Positions 50,100 through 63,674 of a stretch of 64,000 bases of DNA are shown here, piece after piece. Numbering within the stretch: position 1 is the first letter of the stretch; every line of letters starts with the position of its first letter. The stretch is taken from positions 22,260,001-22,324,000 of the forward strand of contig CM059432.1 in the NCBI GenBank assembly GCA_030390025.1. Reading direction: 5' to 3'. The notes under the pieces were generated by a model. That model was given only the letters and a program-made list of their open reading frames with translations. It had not been told where the DNA came from and did no database searches. Origin of the DNA: Squalus acanthias (taxonomy: Eukaryota). The position numbers were made by a program, and so were the translations under genes.

Positions 50100-50491
50100 T
50101 TCAAGCCCCACTCCAGACACTTGAACATTTAATCTAGGCTGACACTTCAGTGCAGTACTGAGGGAGTGCTGTGCTATCAGAGGTGCCGTCTTTTGGATTA
50201 GACATTAAACCGAAGATCCTGTCTGTTGAAGATGGATGTAAAAAAGATCCCACGACACTATTTGAAGAAAGGCTGGGGAGCTCTCCTGATGTCCTGGCCA
50301 ATATTTCTCCTTCAAGCAACATCACTAAAACAGATTATCTGTTTGTGGTATCTTGCTGTCTTCAAATTGGCTGCTGTGTTTGTCTACATTCCAATAGTGA
50401 CGACAGTTCCAAAATCATTCAATAGTTATGAAGCTCTTTGAGATGTCTTGAGGTCGTGAAAAGCGCTATATGAATGCAAGTTCTTTCTTTT
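50100..50491 (+). mobile_element. Deu-domain SINE, 5'-truncated
   Basis: cagtgcagtactgagggagtgctg..gaggtgccgtcttttggat..tgtcctggccaatattt..gcaagttctttcttt. Confidence 0.82.
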
Positions 50492-50761
50492 CATTGACTT
50501 GTGTTTTTTCCCCCATAGGAGGTGCAAATACCATCACGTAACTTAAGTAACTTGCTACTGAAGAATGCAAAACAAACATACGTGATAGTGTAATAAGTAG
50601 TTTCCTGACCTAGAAAGAAAAGAAAGAGAAGAAAGAAAAATAAAAATAAAAATAAAAAATAAAAAATAAAAGAAAATAAAAGACTTGCACTCATATTACA
50701 TAGAAGGTACAGCACAAAAACAGGCCTTTCAGCCCAACTGGTCCATGCCGGTGTTTATGCA

Positions 50762-51192
50762 TAGAACACCTTTCTCGACCTCAGGACATCCCAAAGGACA
50801 GCCAATGAAGTACTTCTTTTTTGGAAGTGTAGTCACTGTTGTAATATAGGAAATGCAGCAGCCTATTTGCACACAGCAAGTAACAATGTGATAATGACCA
50901 GATAATGTTTTTTTAGTGATGTTGGTTGAGGGACAAATATTGCCCAGGACACCAGGGACAACTTCCCTGCTTTTCTTTGAAATAGTGCCATAGTGTCTTT
51001 TACATCTACCTGAGAGGGCATACGGGGCCTCAGTTTAACATCTCATTCAAAACACCTCTGACTTGGGAGCGCTGTCTCTGTACTGCACTGAATGTGTCAG
51101 CCTAGATTTTGTCAACAAATCTCTGGAGTGGGACTTCAAAGCATAAACTTCTGACTCAGAAGCAAGAGTGCTACCACTCAGCCACGGCTGAC
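50762..51192 (-). mobile_element. Deu-domain SINE
   Basis: Reverse-complement match to 62766-63233, ending in ..ctgactcagaagcaagagtgctaccactcagccacggctgac. Confidence 0.82.
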
Positions 51193-51936
51193 ACATAGAA
51201 TCATAGAATCATAGAATGATTACAGCACAGAAGGAGGCCATTCGACCCGTTGAGCCCGTGCCGGCTCTCTGCAAGAGTACTTCAGCTAGTCCCACACCCC
51301 TGCCCTTTCCCCGTAGCCCTGCAATTTTTTTTCCTTCAGGTACTTATCCAATTCCGTTTTGAAAGCCATGATTGAGTCTGCCTCCATCACCCTTTCAGGC
51401 AGTGCATTCCAGATCCTAACCACTTGCTGCATAAAAATGTTTTTCCTCATGTCGCCTTTGCTTCTTTTGCCAATCATCTTAAATCTGTGTCCTCTGGTTC
51501 TCGACCCTTCCGCCAATGGGAACAGTTTCTCTCTATCTACTCTGCCTAGAACCCTCATGATTTTGAACACCTCTATTAAATCTCCTCTCAATCTTCTCTG
51601 CTCTAAGGAGAACAACCCCAGCTTCTCTAGTCTATCCACGTAACTGAAGTCCCTCATCACTGGAATCATTCTCGTAAATCTTTTCTACACCCTCTCTAAG
51701 GCCTTCACATCCTTCCTAAAGTGCGGTGCTCAGAATTGGACACAGTACTCCAGTTGAAGCCGAACCAATGTTTTATAAAGGTTCATCATAACTTCCTTGC
51801 TTTTGTACTCTATGGGCTTGAATTTCATCGGGCCGTTGAGGTGGATTTGGAGGCGTGTGGGTGGTTAAAATTGCAAAAACTGGCGGGCGGGCCCAACCCC
51901 GCCTCCATCCCGCCTCCAAGCAATTTTCATTAAATC

Positions 51937-52680
51937 GGCCCAAAAATTCGTGAGTGAGCCTTCGTGCGAGGGTAAGGCCTTCCCGCGATCTCTCATTGCG
52001 CGCTGGCTTTTTCAGTCCAAGCTCGCACGAACTTGATGTTCTGGACAGCAGCTGTGCAGGGCTTTCGTATCCCACAGGCGTAGTTAATTCGTGCGCGCTG
52101 TGGGATCACGTGACTCAGTTAGAGCCAATGGCAGCACACCATCTTTCATTCATAGCTTTCACAGCACGGCTGTGAAAGCTATGAATACTATACCCCCCCA
52201 AAAGAACAGCTAAACCTCAATTAATTTTTTTTTAAAAACCATCACATTAATAAAATAAGTATAGTTAAATAAATTAACCATTTTAAACAAAAAATTTAAT
52301 TTTTGAAAAAATTTAAAATCTTTTAAAAAGTTATAAAAATAAACTTACCTGTCTTTAAAGTCTCTAAAAAAGATATACCTGTTAAAAAAAATTCAAAATA
52401 ATACTTAATTAAGTACTTACCTTGTTAAAAGAGGGTCCTACGCCTCCTTTCTTTATGTCTAAAATCTTCCATGCTTACCTGCGCGTCCAAAGCACTAAGT
52501 GCACTGCGTGCGCGCAGCCTGTAGCGCGCACGCGGTTCACCTAGGAACCGCCCCCTTTTCAATTCACCAAGTGCCGGTTTTCAGCGCATGCGCAGCGCAT
52601 GCAGAAAACCGGCAATTGGAGACAGAATACGCGAGAGTACACAGTGCGTACTCTCGCGTAGCGGCACTAATTTTTGGGCC
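51937..52680. mobile_element. Harbinger-type MITE rich in internal palindromes
   Basis: Perfect 12-bp TIR GGCCCAAAAATT / AATTTTTGGGCC; TSD ATC (51934-51936, 52681-52683). Confidence 0.92.
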
Positions 52681-53157
52681 ATCGTGTCTACTGGTCCCAT
52701 CTCCGCCCCGCCTCCAAGAGGCGGGATAGGCCGTTAAGGCCCTTAACAAGCACTAAATTGCCTCTATAATGCCATTTTGATAGGCCTTTGTGATTTTAAC
52801 CCTTTTTCCCACGTGAAGCACGCCTGTTCTGAAACATGACGGTGAAACCTGGCGGTAGCACAATTGGATTGCTGACTATCAGCTGCCGCTCAACCATTAA
52901 ATAGGAGTTGTGCGACTTCTCATTTTTGTCTACCCCAGTCCAACACCGGCATCTCCACATCATTAAATAGGAGATTTGATCAGCCATCATTTGCAGGTGG
53001 CAGGACTTTGCTGTCTCAGGTCTGGGGGATCTTTTAGAAAGCATAACCACAGCTGTGGAAGTTTGGAGCCTGACACCCATCTCCAGTGTGACCTCCTGGG
53101 AAACCTCTCTCGCCACCTTGACTGAGCGCTTCCTCAACTGAGGCATATACCAAAAGC

Positions 53158-53478
53158 ATGGGAGCCATTTATTTCCTTCCCTTCTAGACATCAGGGGCTG
53201 GATTTTGTCTTGGGGTCGGGTTGGGGTCGTGTAATCCGCATTTCGTGTTTCCCCCCCGACTCCAGATTAATGTGGATGCCTGATGCAATTTTCACTTAAT
53301 TGGGCAATTGAGTTGCAGCATGTGGGAACCCATGAACTAATTAGTGGTTTCAGTCTGAAACCCGCCTCTGATGATGTCATCATTGCTGACTGCCTGCTCT
53401 CAGAGATTGTCTGGCTACTGGTGAGAGAGGACCTGTCTGCATTGCTTCTGATGTGAGTAGACCTGGATGCACATATAT

Positions 53479-53511
<33 letters not shown>

Positions 53512-55167
53512 TTTTGCATCCAAGTCCTCTTACATCAAATGCCATGACATTGATTGTAGCAGTATCAGAGGCGACTTTCACACCTGAAACTACTACTACC
53601 TTCATCAAGTCTCCATTGCAATAGTGGACTTGCAGCTGATAGTCAGCTATCCATTTGTGCTCCCGCCAGGTTTCACTGGAGTGTTTCACACCAGGCGTGC
53701 TTCACGTCAGAAAAGGGTTAAACTAGCTACAACGTTTCAAAATAGCATTACAGACCCAATTTAGGGCTTGTTAAGGGCTTTAATGGCCACTCCCGCCTCT
53801 TGGAGGTGGGAGTGAGTTGGGAACCCCGCGACTGATTTTGTCAAAATTGCGTGGAGGTGGGATGGAGTCGGGATGGGGTCGGAAACCCCGACCCCGCAAT
53901 TTTAACCCCCCACACGCCTCCAAACCCGACTCCATGGGTCATTCAAAATCCAGCCCCAGATGAGGATGAAGACCAGCCGCAGCACCAGCAGAACCATGAA
54001 CAACAGCAGCACCAACAGCAGCAGCACCAACAGCAGCAGCAACAACAGGAGCGCCAAGCTGCTGCTCACCCACCTGAAGCTGCACAGGCCAGAAGGTGCC
54101 AGCGCATGGAAGCCCGTTGGCACAGGAGATAGCCCCCAAACAGGGTCTACAGACACAGCTATGTCTGAGCAGCAGTGCCAAAGGCGGCTCCGACTTTCGC
54201 GAGAGGTAGTGGGTGACATCTGCGCAATGCTGCAACAAGACCTGGAGCCCAGAGGACCAGGTGGACAACCCTTACCAGTGGCCGTCAAAGTCACCACCGC
54301 ATTCAACTTTTATGCCTTAGGCTCATTCCAGGGATCAGCAGCAGACATCAGCGGCATCTCCCAGGCGGCCGCACACACTTGCATCACGCAGGTAACCGAT
54401 GCCCTCTTTGCCATCGCACACAATCACATCCATTTCACCAAGGATCAAGCAAGTGTCACGGCGCGTGCGGTTGGATTAGCTAATCTGGCAGGCTTTCCAA
54501 GGGTGCAGGGCATCGTTGACTGCACACATGTGGCCCTTAAGGCACCCCATCGCAATCCAGGTATTTTTGTCAACCGCAAGGGCTTCCACTCCCTTAACGT
54601 TCAGCTGGTGTGTGACCACAAGAAGGAAATTTTGCATGTTTGTGCCAAGTACCCTGGCAGTTGCCATGACTCCTTCATACTGCACCAGTCTAGTGTGCCT
54701 CTGCTATTCAGTCCGCCAGACCAACTTAATGGATGGCTACTTGGAGACAAGGGCTATCCCCTGAAGACGTGGCTAATGACGCCGTTGAGGAGCCCATCCA
54801 ACGAAACTGAGGAGAGCTACAACTCCAGCCACATGTCCACCAGAGCCATAATCGAGCAAACCATCGGTTTGCTGAAGATGCGCTTCCGATGCCTGGATAG
54901 ATCAGGTGGAGAGCCCTGCAGTACTCAGCAGCCAGGGTCTCCAGAATCATTGTGGTTTGCTGTGCACTTCACAACATGGCACAGCGTCGGGGCTTGCAGA
55001 TTCCTGAGGACCAAATGGCTCGTCACATATCCTCCTCAGATGAGGAGGAGGAGGAGGAGGAGGAGAGTGAAAATGAATATCTTGCAGAGGCCCATCAACC
55101 AGCGGCAGCAGTACGCGAGAACATTGCTGCCCGGGATGCAAGGAACGCACTCATCAGATTTGCTTAG
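53158..55167 (+). pseudogene. Harbinger (HARBI1-like) DDE transposase, disrupted
   Basis: [26 protein letters not shown]..; [60 protein letters not shown]; frameshift at ~54910 before VCCALHN. Confidence 0.93.
53195..53956. mobile_element. Harbinger MITE related to its host, inverted, inserted in the transposase 5' end
   Basis: TIRs GGGCTGGATTTTG / CAAAATCCAGCCC; TSD CAG; ends match the reverse complement of the host ends. Confidence 0.88.
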
Positions 55168-55436
55168 CCTAGACAATCAAGCACTTTTGCCTCGCAGCTT
55201 CTTACCTGAGCATCGACAATGGCCAAGAACCAACGGATTCCTAGCAATTTGAACACCATACTGACAATTGCAAGTAATCCTAAGCCCTCAATGTGGAAGT
55301 CCCATTCGCGAAATGACACATGCCACAACTACAGAAGTAGCCATCAGATTTTTTATTTACATTAATCATCTGATGGCTTTTTAACATAAAACATCAAAAT
55401 TCACCCAAGTGACTACCCTTGTGACTATTTGTGCAC

Positions 55437-57401
55437 TATCTTTCTCTTACGCCTGCTCCTACGTGGTGCTTCCCCTGTGGCTTCAGCAGATGTGGAGGCC
55501 CCTTGCTCACTTTCTTGCTGCTCCTGTCTTGACACCTTTGGCGGGCGTCCTCTGGGGTTGCGAACCTGTGAGGGCTCACCAACAGTCTGCTGCTCCTGCA
55601 GCTGTGCAGGGGTTTAGACGCCGATCTCAGTTGGGTGCGGACTCTGGTGGGGCTTTGACCGAGGACTTGTCAGTGGCATGGAAGTGTGAGCGCTTAGAGA
55701 GGAGCCCCCACTTCTTTGTTCTCTGTAAACAACATCCCTCTCATGGGTCAGGTCCTCCTCAGCGCTTGCAAGTGGATTGAGAGCACCTTCCTTGCTGCAC
55801 ATCAGGGGGGCCATGGGGACCCGTATCTGCACTGGAAGTCCTGCTCAGAAGGACTTCCATGAAGGTCTGGTTTCTGTGTTCAATAGATGACCATCGCTCC
55901 TCCAGAGATGTCATTCTATTCTGAACACTTACCATGTTTTCTGCACTCTGGAGACTTATCTCCTCCATAGTCGCAGCCATCCTCTCGTCTACTGTAGCCA
56001 TCCTTTCGACGGAGGTTGCCATCATTTGCATGGAGGTTGCCATCCTTTCCGTAGTGATGCGTTCATGTGCCAATGACTCCACAAAGGCTCTGCTCATGTT
56101 CACAATGGACTCCTCCATTCGCTCCATACTCGCAGCGACCCTGGAGACAAAACCTGCCAGAGACTCCTGCATCTGTTCCTGGAGTTCCAGCACCGCTGAT
56201 CTTATGGATGGACCCAGAGGCAGAGGGTCGACATGCAGCTGAGCCGAGCTGGGAGAGTCCTGCGCCCTCCGACTAGGACTCTCCACTGCTGTCCCTGTCT
56301 CCACTATCTGCTGATGCTCACTTGTGAGCTGTGATACACCAGGTGACAACACTACTCTATCTTGCGATGTTCCCTCCGAGGTGCGCTGGTGCTGGGTGCG
56401 CTGAATTCTGCTGACGCTGCGTCCTCAGAGGTTGCAGCTTCCTCTGAGGAGTCTTGAGGCTCATGCTCTTCCTCCTGGATAGTGGAGATGGGTGTTTGCG
56501 ATGGTCCGGGGGGGAGTAAAGGAAAGAGTCAGAGAAGTGAGGCCAAGGTTACATGCACATTGCATATTGCAGATGATCATAAGTCCATCTGTTAGAGCTT
56601 CAGAATCATTATCAGCAACTCATACAATATCATTGAGAGAGATGGAAATCTATTCTGTCACCAGCTTCCTGTGATGCACCTGTCTGTCCGTCCCCCACTT
56701 GGGAATCTTCCTCAACTCCCACCATCTCCAGGACCGCCTCCTCCCAGGTGGTGAGCTGGGCTACTGAGGGTGGCCCTCCTCCTGTCCTCGCTCTTTCCCT
56801 CTTATTGTGAGCTCTCTTTTCCTGCAATGAGGGAGACAAGTGGAGTTTGAGTGAGAATGAAGGAGTGAGTGTAGAGAATCCATAGCATAGATGCTTAGAA
56901 GGAGACAAAGATGGAGTGAGGTGGCAAGACCAAGGGCCCTCCCTGTGTGTTGTAAGTTCTAATTGCATCACAGTGATAGGGAGTGTGAGGGCTGCATAGT
57001 CGAATAGTTAGGTGAATGTGACCATAGAGAGAGAGGGAACGGGTAAGGGTGCACGGATGTCAGTGTCAAGTGGGATGTGGAGGAAGAGATTGCTAAAGCT
57101 GAGTGCTGGTGAGGAGAGGCAATGGGGATCAGATTGAGGGTGATGGGAAATTCATACTCACTTTTCCAGTGCGCAGAAGTTCTTGAAGTCTCTTCCTGCA
57201 CTGAGGCCAGGTTCTGCGGGTTATTGACAAAGAGTTGACCTCCTCTGCCACCTGGATACACACAGCCTTGGTTTGCTGGGGAGGCTTCTTCCTCCCTGAA
57301 GAAGGGAAGAGCACCTCTTTGTTTGCTCTTGCTCCCTCTACTAAAGCCTGCAGGGCAACGTCATCAAAGCAGGGTGCAGACCTAGGTCTCTGGCTGGCCA
57401 T
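55437..57401 (-). pseudogene. Harbinger Myb/SANT-like gene, 3 exons (57401-57162, 56821-56662, ~56505-55437), exon 3 degraded
   Basis: MASQRPRSAPCFDDVALQALVE..RRTWPQCRKRLQEL|gt; ag|EKRAHNKRERARTGGGPP; heptad-like MATS(M/V)ER repeats in exon 3. Same intron positions as 16056-17876. Confidence 0.82.
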
Positions 57402-59767
57402 TCTTCCTGCAGGTGCCTCTAACATGCAAGGGCAAAAGCTTGGCAGTCTGCAGAAGAAGCAAGGCTTGTTGCAGACCTTAAATGCAGCAACAATGATGAC
57501 GTCATCGGAGGCGACTTTCAGACTGGAAAAACTCACTGGCCATGGGTTCCCACACGTTGGAACTCAATTGGCCAATTAGGTTAAAATGGCATCATTCTCC
57601 CACATCGATTCAGAATCGGGTGGCTAACACGAAATGCAGATTACACGACCCGAGCCCGCCCCAGTATCAAAATCCAGCCCTATGCCTCTATTTATGAAGC
57701 CCAGGATCCCGTATGGTTTTTTAACTGCTTTCTCAACCTGCTCTGCCACCTTCAACGATTTGTGCACATATACCCCCAGGTTGCTCTGTTTATGCACCCC
57801 CTTTAGAATTGTACCCTTGAGTTTATATTGCCTCTCCTCATTCTTCCTACCAAAATGTATCACTTCGCAATTTTCTGCATAAAATTTCATCAGCCATGTG
57901 TCTGCCCATTTCACCAGCCTTTCTATACCTTCTTGAAGTCTATCACTATCTTCCTATAGTTCAAAGTTTTGTGTCATCTGCAAATTTTTAAATTGTGCCC
58001 TGTACATTCAAGTCCAAGTCATTAATATATATCAAGAAAAGCAGTGGTCCTAGTACCGACCCCTGGGGAACACCACTGTGTACCTTCCTCCAGTCTGAAA
58101 AACAACCGTTCACCACTACTCTCTATTTCCTGTCACTTACCAATTTTTTATCCATGCTGCCATTGTCTCTTTTATTCCATGAGCTTCAACTTTGCTGGCA
58201 AGCCTATTATGTGGCACTTTATCAAAAGCCTTTTGGAAATCCATGTACACCACGTCAACCGCATTGCCCTCATCAACCCTCTCTGTTACCTCATCAAAAA
58301 CTTGATCAAGTTAGATAAACATGATTTGCCTTTAACAAATCCGTGCTGGCTTTCCTTAATTAATCCACACTTGTCCAAGTAACTGTTAACTTTATCCCTG
58401 ATTATCGTTTCCAAAAGCTTCCCCACTACCGAGGTTAAACTGACTGGCCTGTAGTTGCTGGGTTTATCCTTACACACTTTTTTGAACAAGGGTGTAACAT
58501 TTGCAATTCTCCGGTCCTCTGGCACCACCCCCGTATCTAAGGAGGGTTGGAAGATTATGACCAGTACCTCCGCGATTTCCTCTTTAACTTCCCTCAGCAT
58601 CCTAGGATGCATCCCATCTGGTCCTGTGACTTGTCTACTTTAAGTACAGACAGCCTTTCTGGTACCTCCTCTTTATGAATTTTTATCTCATCCAGTACCT
58701 CCACTACCTCCTCTTTCACTATGACTTTGGCAGCATCTTCTTCATTGGTGAAGACAGATGCAAAGTACTCATTTAGTACCTCAGCCATGCCCTCTACCTC
58801 CATGCGTAGGTCTCCATTTTGGTCCCTAATCAGCCCCACCCCTCCTCTTACTACCCGTTTATTATTTATATGCCTATAGAAGACTTTTGAATTACCTTTT
58901 ATGTTAGCTGCAACTCTATTCTCATACTCTCTCTTTGCCCCTCTTATTTTCTTTTTCACTTCCCCTCTGAACTTTCTATATTCAGCCTGATTCTCACTTG
59001 TATTCTCAACCTGACATCTGTCATACGCACTCTTTTTCTGCTTCATCTTACTCTATCTCTTTCATCATCCAGTAAGCTCTGGCTTTAGTTGCCCTACCTT
59101 TACCCCTCATGGGAATGTACCTCAACTGTACCCGAACCATCTCCTCTTTAAAGGCAGCCCATTGTTCGATTACAGTTTTGCCTGCCAATCTTTGATTCCA
59201 ATTTATCTGGGCCAGATCCGTTCTCAACCCACTGAAATTTGCCTTCCTCCGATTAAATATTTTCACTCCAGATTGCTCCCTGTCCTTTTCCATAGCTATT
59301 CTAAACCTTATGATACTATGATCACTGTAAAGCTTATGATATAGTGACACCTGTACAGCATGTGAAATACAGGTACTTATTTGATTCAAATTGCCTTGCT
59401 TACCTGCATGCAGAGAGAAGCCTGCTGAAAAATGCTTTAAATAATTGTATCAGAAGCAGATGGTTCACAGTAAATTATCCCGCATGAAAAATATAGAAAT
59501 TCTGGTCGAGACTTGGCGGAGGCATAAACTACTGCGCATGAACTGTTAGATTAAATTGAGCATATGTGGTATAATTGTAATGGCTCGATAACAAAAGGCA
59601 TCTTTCAAGATTTTGAGAAATGGGACATTTCCAAATGCTAAAGTTCTAAACTGGGTAAACCTACTGATCGCTTCCATAAAGTGACGATTAAATAACCCAT
59701 TATGCAGGATATCAAACCAAAGTTTTGTAGCCAGCACTATGGTGCTCAGGAGTCAATTAGAGATCCA

Positions 59768-61994
59768 GGCTTAAAAATTCAAGTGTGCCACGAAAGCTGC
59801 CGGTGCCACCGCGGCTGCGGGTTAACGGCCTTCGAAAATGGTGGGACCGGTAGGACTGAAAAATTCGTGCTGGGGACTACTGATTAGTAGCCCAGCGCTA
59901 AACTCACAGTGTGACGCCCTCCTGGTGGCTTTAGTCCCGGCATCAGTCCCGAATGCGCCGTCCAGAAGCGGTGTTGCATCTTCCGACAGCCTCTGTAAGC
60001 GAGGCTACGATTTCACTTGGCATTGTTGGATATTAAAAGGGCAATGCATTGTCGTTTGCTTAAAAGGACTTCTGAACTGATGAAAATAAAAACGAAGTAA
60101 AAAAATGCAATTTTCAGCCCTTACAGCTCTACTTCCTTTTAATAAAAAATTAACATTTGAAAAAAATTCCCAAATGGGAGTCTTCAGCTCTAAAAGCTGA
60201 ATTCCCTTTCGCATATAAAAAAACAGGCAAAGTGCTTCAGCACTAACACAAAAGCTTAGCAAGCCAAGGAAGGGGCAGCCAGGGTCTCACATGCAGCAGT
60301 CCAGCTTTGTGCAAAGGATCAACACTGGAAGAGAGGTCCTCTACCCACAGGGACCAGGAGGCTCTCCATAAAGAACGATGTGGGACCAGATCACTGAGGC
60401 CGTCACTGCCAGCAGTGTCGACCCACCACCTGGCTCCAGTGCCCAAAGAAGCTTCTTGACCTCAGACCACTGGTCAAGGTCAGTGAATGCATCTTCAAAA
60501 TCATCTCCTACCAACTACATCACTAGCCTCACACACTTCTCAATACATGACTCCCCTGCCCCCCAATCACTCACCTACCAACAATCTTTACCAATTGCGA
60601 GGCACACCTCCCATTCCTAGCTTCATCTCACCCACTTGGAGGAGACAGTGCTGGCCATTCTTGGCAGGGGCATGGCTGAGCCCTTCGCCAGTGGTGGGGC
60701 TGAAAGGATACAAGATGCTGGTATCCTCATACGTTATCCTCCTTCTCTCATGCACCTCTTGCTTTCCTGCCCATCCCTCACCACAACTCCACCCTTGTGC
60801 CTTCCTCATTTCACACACCCAAGAAATACAGCCTGCCCAGCCAGTTGACCAAGAGGAGGGAGAGGAGAGTGAAGAAGAAGAAGAAGAAACACTGTCACTC
60901 GATTTCACACTCCCAGCCACCAGCTCCTCTAGGTCGACCAGCAAGGTCATTTGCAGTCCCCCCCCCACTGAAAGTCAGCAGCCTTCCACCAGCCATGCTG
61001 CAGCCACTGTGGTAGCATTGCATGACATCAGTAGGATAGGCAAAGACACACACAAGACAGTCACTAAGGGAACGCATAAGGCTGATGAATTGATTTCTTG
61101 ATGTCATATTGGATGGATAGATGTATAAAGTTGGATTGGCAAGTTTGCTTTGCAATTACTTTTATTTCAGCATTGTGGCCAAGAGGACGCTGTGATGGTC
61201 GGTAACAGAGGGAAGGTAAGGCGTGGGATAAATGTTGAAAGGGGAATTGAGGTTGTGGTTACTGGTACCGCAGGCAGTTGATTCCATCCCAGATATCCTG
61301 GCCACAAAGGGGCTGTCTGGGTCGCATCCTTCCTTCTGCTTCCTCCTCTTTTGCTTCCTCCTCTTCTGTGTCTTCCTCTTCTGAGTCTTTCCCTTCCCTC
61401 TGTGAGCAGATGCTGTAAATCTGAAATAAAAGCAGAAAATGCGGAAACACTCAACCGGTCAGACGGCATCTCGACCTAAGAAGTGAACTCTGTTGCCTGA
61501 CCTGCTGAGCATTTTCTGTCTTCTCAGAGGCCTTCCTTTACCGTCCAAAGCCTTGCAAGCATCCAGCAGTACTTCCTGCACACTTAAAACAACTTTTATC
61601 ATGTATTGCAGCAAGCCACTACTTCAATAAGATCAAAAATATCCAGTCTAAAAGCTTAAATACAAACTTAGCTGAAAGATGTGTGTGACCCTTTAAGAGG
61701 TGCTGACAGAGCCTCTGTGAGTCTGCTGAATGCTGGGTTTCCATGGCGAGCTTAGGACCCAGCACTAAAATCAACGCTAAGGTCCAAGGTCGCCAAGGTG
61801 ACGTTAAGTCAGCATTGCACACCGACAGACATCACACTCTCCCTAATTTATATTTTCACGGCCATTGCTGCCGGCACTCAGAAAATGGTGGATGCTGCGG
61901 GACCCACCACGAGCTGGCGAAAGAGTGGTGGACGCCATTTTTTCACAACATTTTGCCGGTAATGGGTGGCGTCAAACATCCGAATTTTTAGCCC
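59768..61994. mobile_element. Non-autonomous Harbinger derivative, sister of 43929-46142
   Basis: TIRs GGCTTAAAAATTC / GAATTTTTAGCCC; TSD CCA; Myb remnant MWDQITEAVTASS; same internal palindromic insert. Confidence 0.87.
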
Positions 61995-62414
61995 CCATTC
62001 TTCTGAGCAGCGGTATTAGTGGAAAACATTTTGCTGTCGCCCCTCTCTATTGCCATGGTGGATTGAGTTTGTAGGAAGCGCTCTGGGAGAAACCATTTTG
62101 GGATTTTGAGGAGTTTGATTGGTAAGTTTCCATCATAGTCTGGTCGGGAACTACTGGTGAAACAAGGATGAGTTTTGCAAAAATCTTTTTTTTAAATTTC
62201 TGCCTTTCCATGTGCTGAATGGAGTGGCTCTGCCCCATGTTTGTATGTAACCAAGTAGGTAGGAACATATGAATGCACTTGACCAGAGAAGACTATTATG
62301 GTTCATCAGACTGGTGCTAAAGTCATGTAATTATCATGCACCACTCTTTCACACCCCTTAATCACCTGCTTTCGACAAATTTGCATCGAGCTCCCCTTTG
62401 AGTTTAGACATAAT

Positions 62415-63649
62415 GGGCTAAATGTTAACTCCCAAAAACGGGTTGATTGGTGTCAGGTCAGAGGTTAAAATTTAAAAAATCTGAAACAGGATCGCAACCC
62501 GCCTCAAACCTGCCCACTTCCGATTTTAACAGAGGCAAGACAAGGGTCGGGCGACCAATCCGCTCACGGGTGGCGGGTTGGTCATTTAAATATTATAATG
62601 AGGCTACCTGCCTTCATTTTAACAGTCATTCTATTATTAACTCATGTTGGCCAGGTTTCCGGAAACCCGGCAGCTGAAAGGAGGTGAGAAGGGCTGAATC
62701 CATAAGGTAAGTGCCTTTACAGCACTGCTTGTGGGCCAGGAGGAGCAGGGGTGCTTCCTCCAGGCTGTGTCAGCTGTGGCTCAGTTGGTAGCACACTCGC
62801 CTCTGAGTCAGAAGGTTGTGGGTTCATAGTCCCACTCCAGGGACTTGAGTACATCAAGCTAGGCTGACACTACAGTGCAGTGCTGAGGGAGTGCTGCACT
62901 GTCGGAGGTGCCGTCTTTTGGATGAGACGATAAACCGAGGCCCCGTCTGCTCTCTCAGGTGGAGGTGAAAGATCCCATGGCACTATTTCGAAGAAGAGCA
63001 GGAGAGTTATCCCTGGTGTCCTGGCCAATATTTATCCCTCAAACAACAAAACAGATTATCTGGTTATTAGCACATTGCTGTTTGTGGAACCTTGCTGTGC
63101 GCAATTTGGCTGCCATGTTTCCCACATTACAACAGTGACTCCACTTCAAAATGTACTTCATTGGCTGTAAAGCGATTTGAGACGTCCAGTGGTCGTGAAA
63201 GGCGCTATATAAATGCAAGTCTTTCTTTTCTTTCAGGCCCAACAAGCTACCCAGTAACCACCCCTCCACCCCGTGCCCACACCCCCCCCCACGATCTGTC
63301 TGCTCCCCCTCGACTACCATTGGACCCCCCCCCCGATCACCATATACTCCCCTGACCACCATTGCAACCCCCCCAACGATCGGGACCCTCCCACCCCCAC
63401 CCCGCGATCGGGATCCCACCACGAGACCTACCTGATCTCCTCATCTTTGGCCTTGTGAAGCAGGCTTCCCGCCTGAAAGGCCTCTAGCCTGTCAATCAGG
63501 CTGCCTGTGGGCGAGAATCTGACAGAAAATATTTAAAGGAGCCCTGCAGTTAAAAACTGCAGGACATTCGGGAACCCCATTCTTCCGGGTTTACTGACCT
63601 CACAACAGCCCCCTCATACGGAACACACCTCTGGGCTAAAATCCAGGCC
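62415..63649. mobile_element. Older Harbinger-type MITE hosting a SINE
   Basis: Degenerate TIRs GGGCTAAATGTTA / TAAAATCCAGGCC; flanks AAT/AGT. Confidence 0.55.
62766..63233 (+). mobile_element. Full-length Deu-domain tRNA-derived SINE (SacSINE1-like)
   Basis: A box TGGCTCAGTTGG; degenerate B box GGTTCATAGTCC; Deu-like core ggaggtgccgtcttttggatgagacg..aagatcccatggcactatt; L2-like tail tataaatgcaagtcttt; CAGGC on both flanks. Confidence 0.88.
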
Positions 63650-63674
63650 AGTCTCTCTCCAGCTGCTCTATTCC

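Larger units (their letters stand above)
51814..57680. mobile_element. PIF/Harbinger transposon, second family, with three nested inserts
   Basis: TIRs GGGCTTGAATTT / AAAATCCAGCCC; TSD TAT (51811-51813, 57681-57683); transposase (+) and Myb/SANT gene (-) are convergent. Confidence 0.92.
51194..59326 (-). mobile_element. CR1 LINE (51194-51813 and 57681-59326) split by a Harbinger
   Basis: (CATAGAAT)3 tail; [30 protein letters not shown] across the insertion; SQHGFVKGKSCL; SDHSIIRF. Confidence 0.93.

Noticed and set aside
50582..50665. Strong minus-strand splice acceptor and a 28-nt exon
   Set aside because: The pyrimidine tract looks like a retroposon tail, and there is no independent support.
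53960..55252. 430-aa ORF as an intact host HARBI1 gene
   Set aside because: It sits within TIRs and a TSD, its first and last parts are out of frame with the real transposase, and the true start is separated by a MITE.
62770..62840. tRNA gene
   Set aside because: It is the tRNA-derived head of a SINE, with a degenerate B box, and continues into the Deu core.
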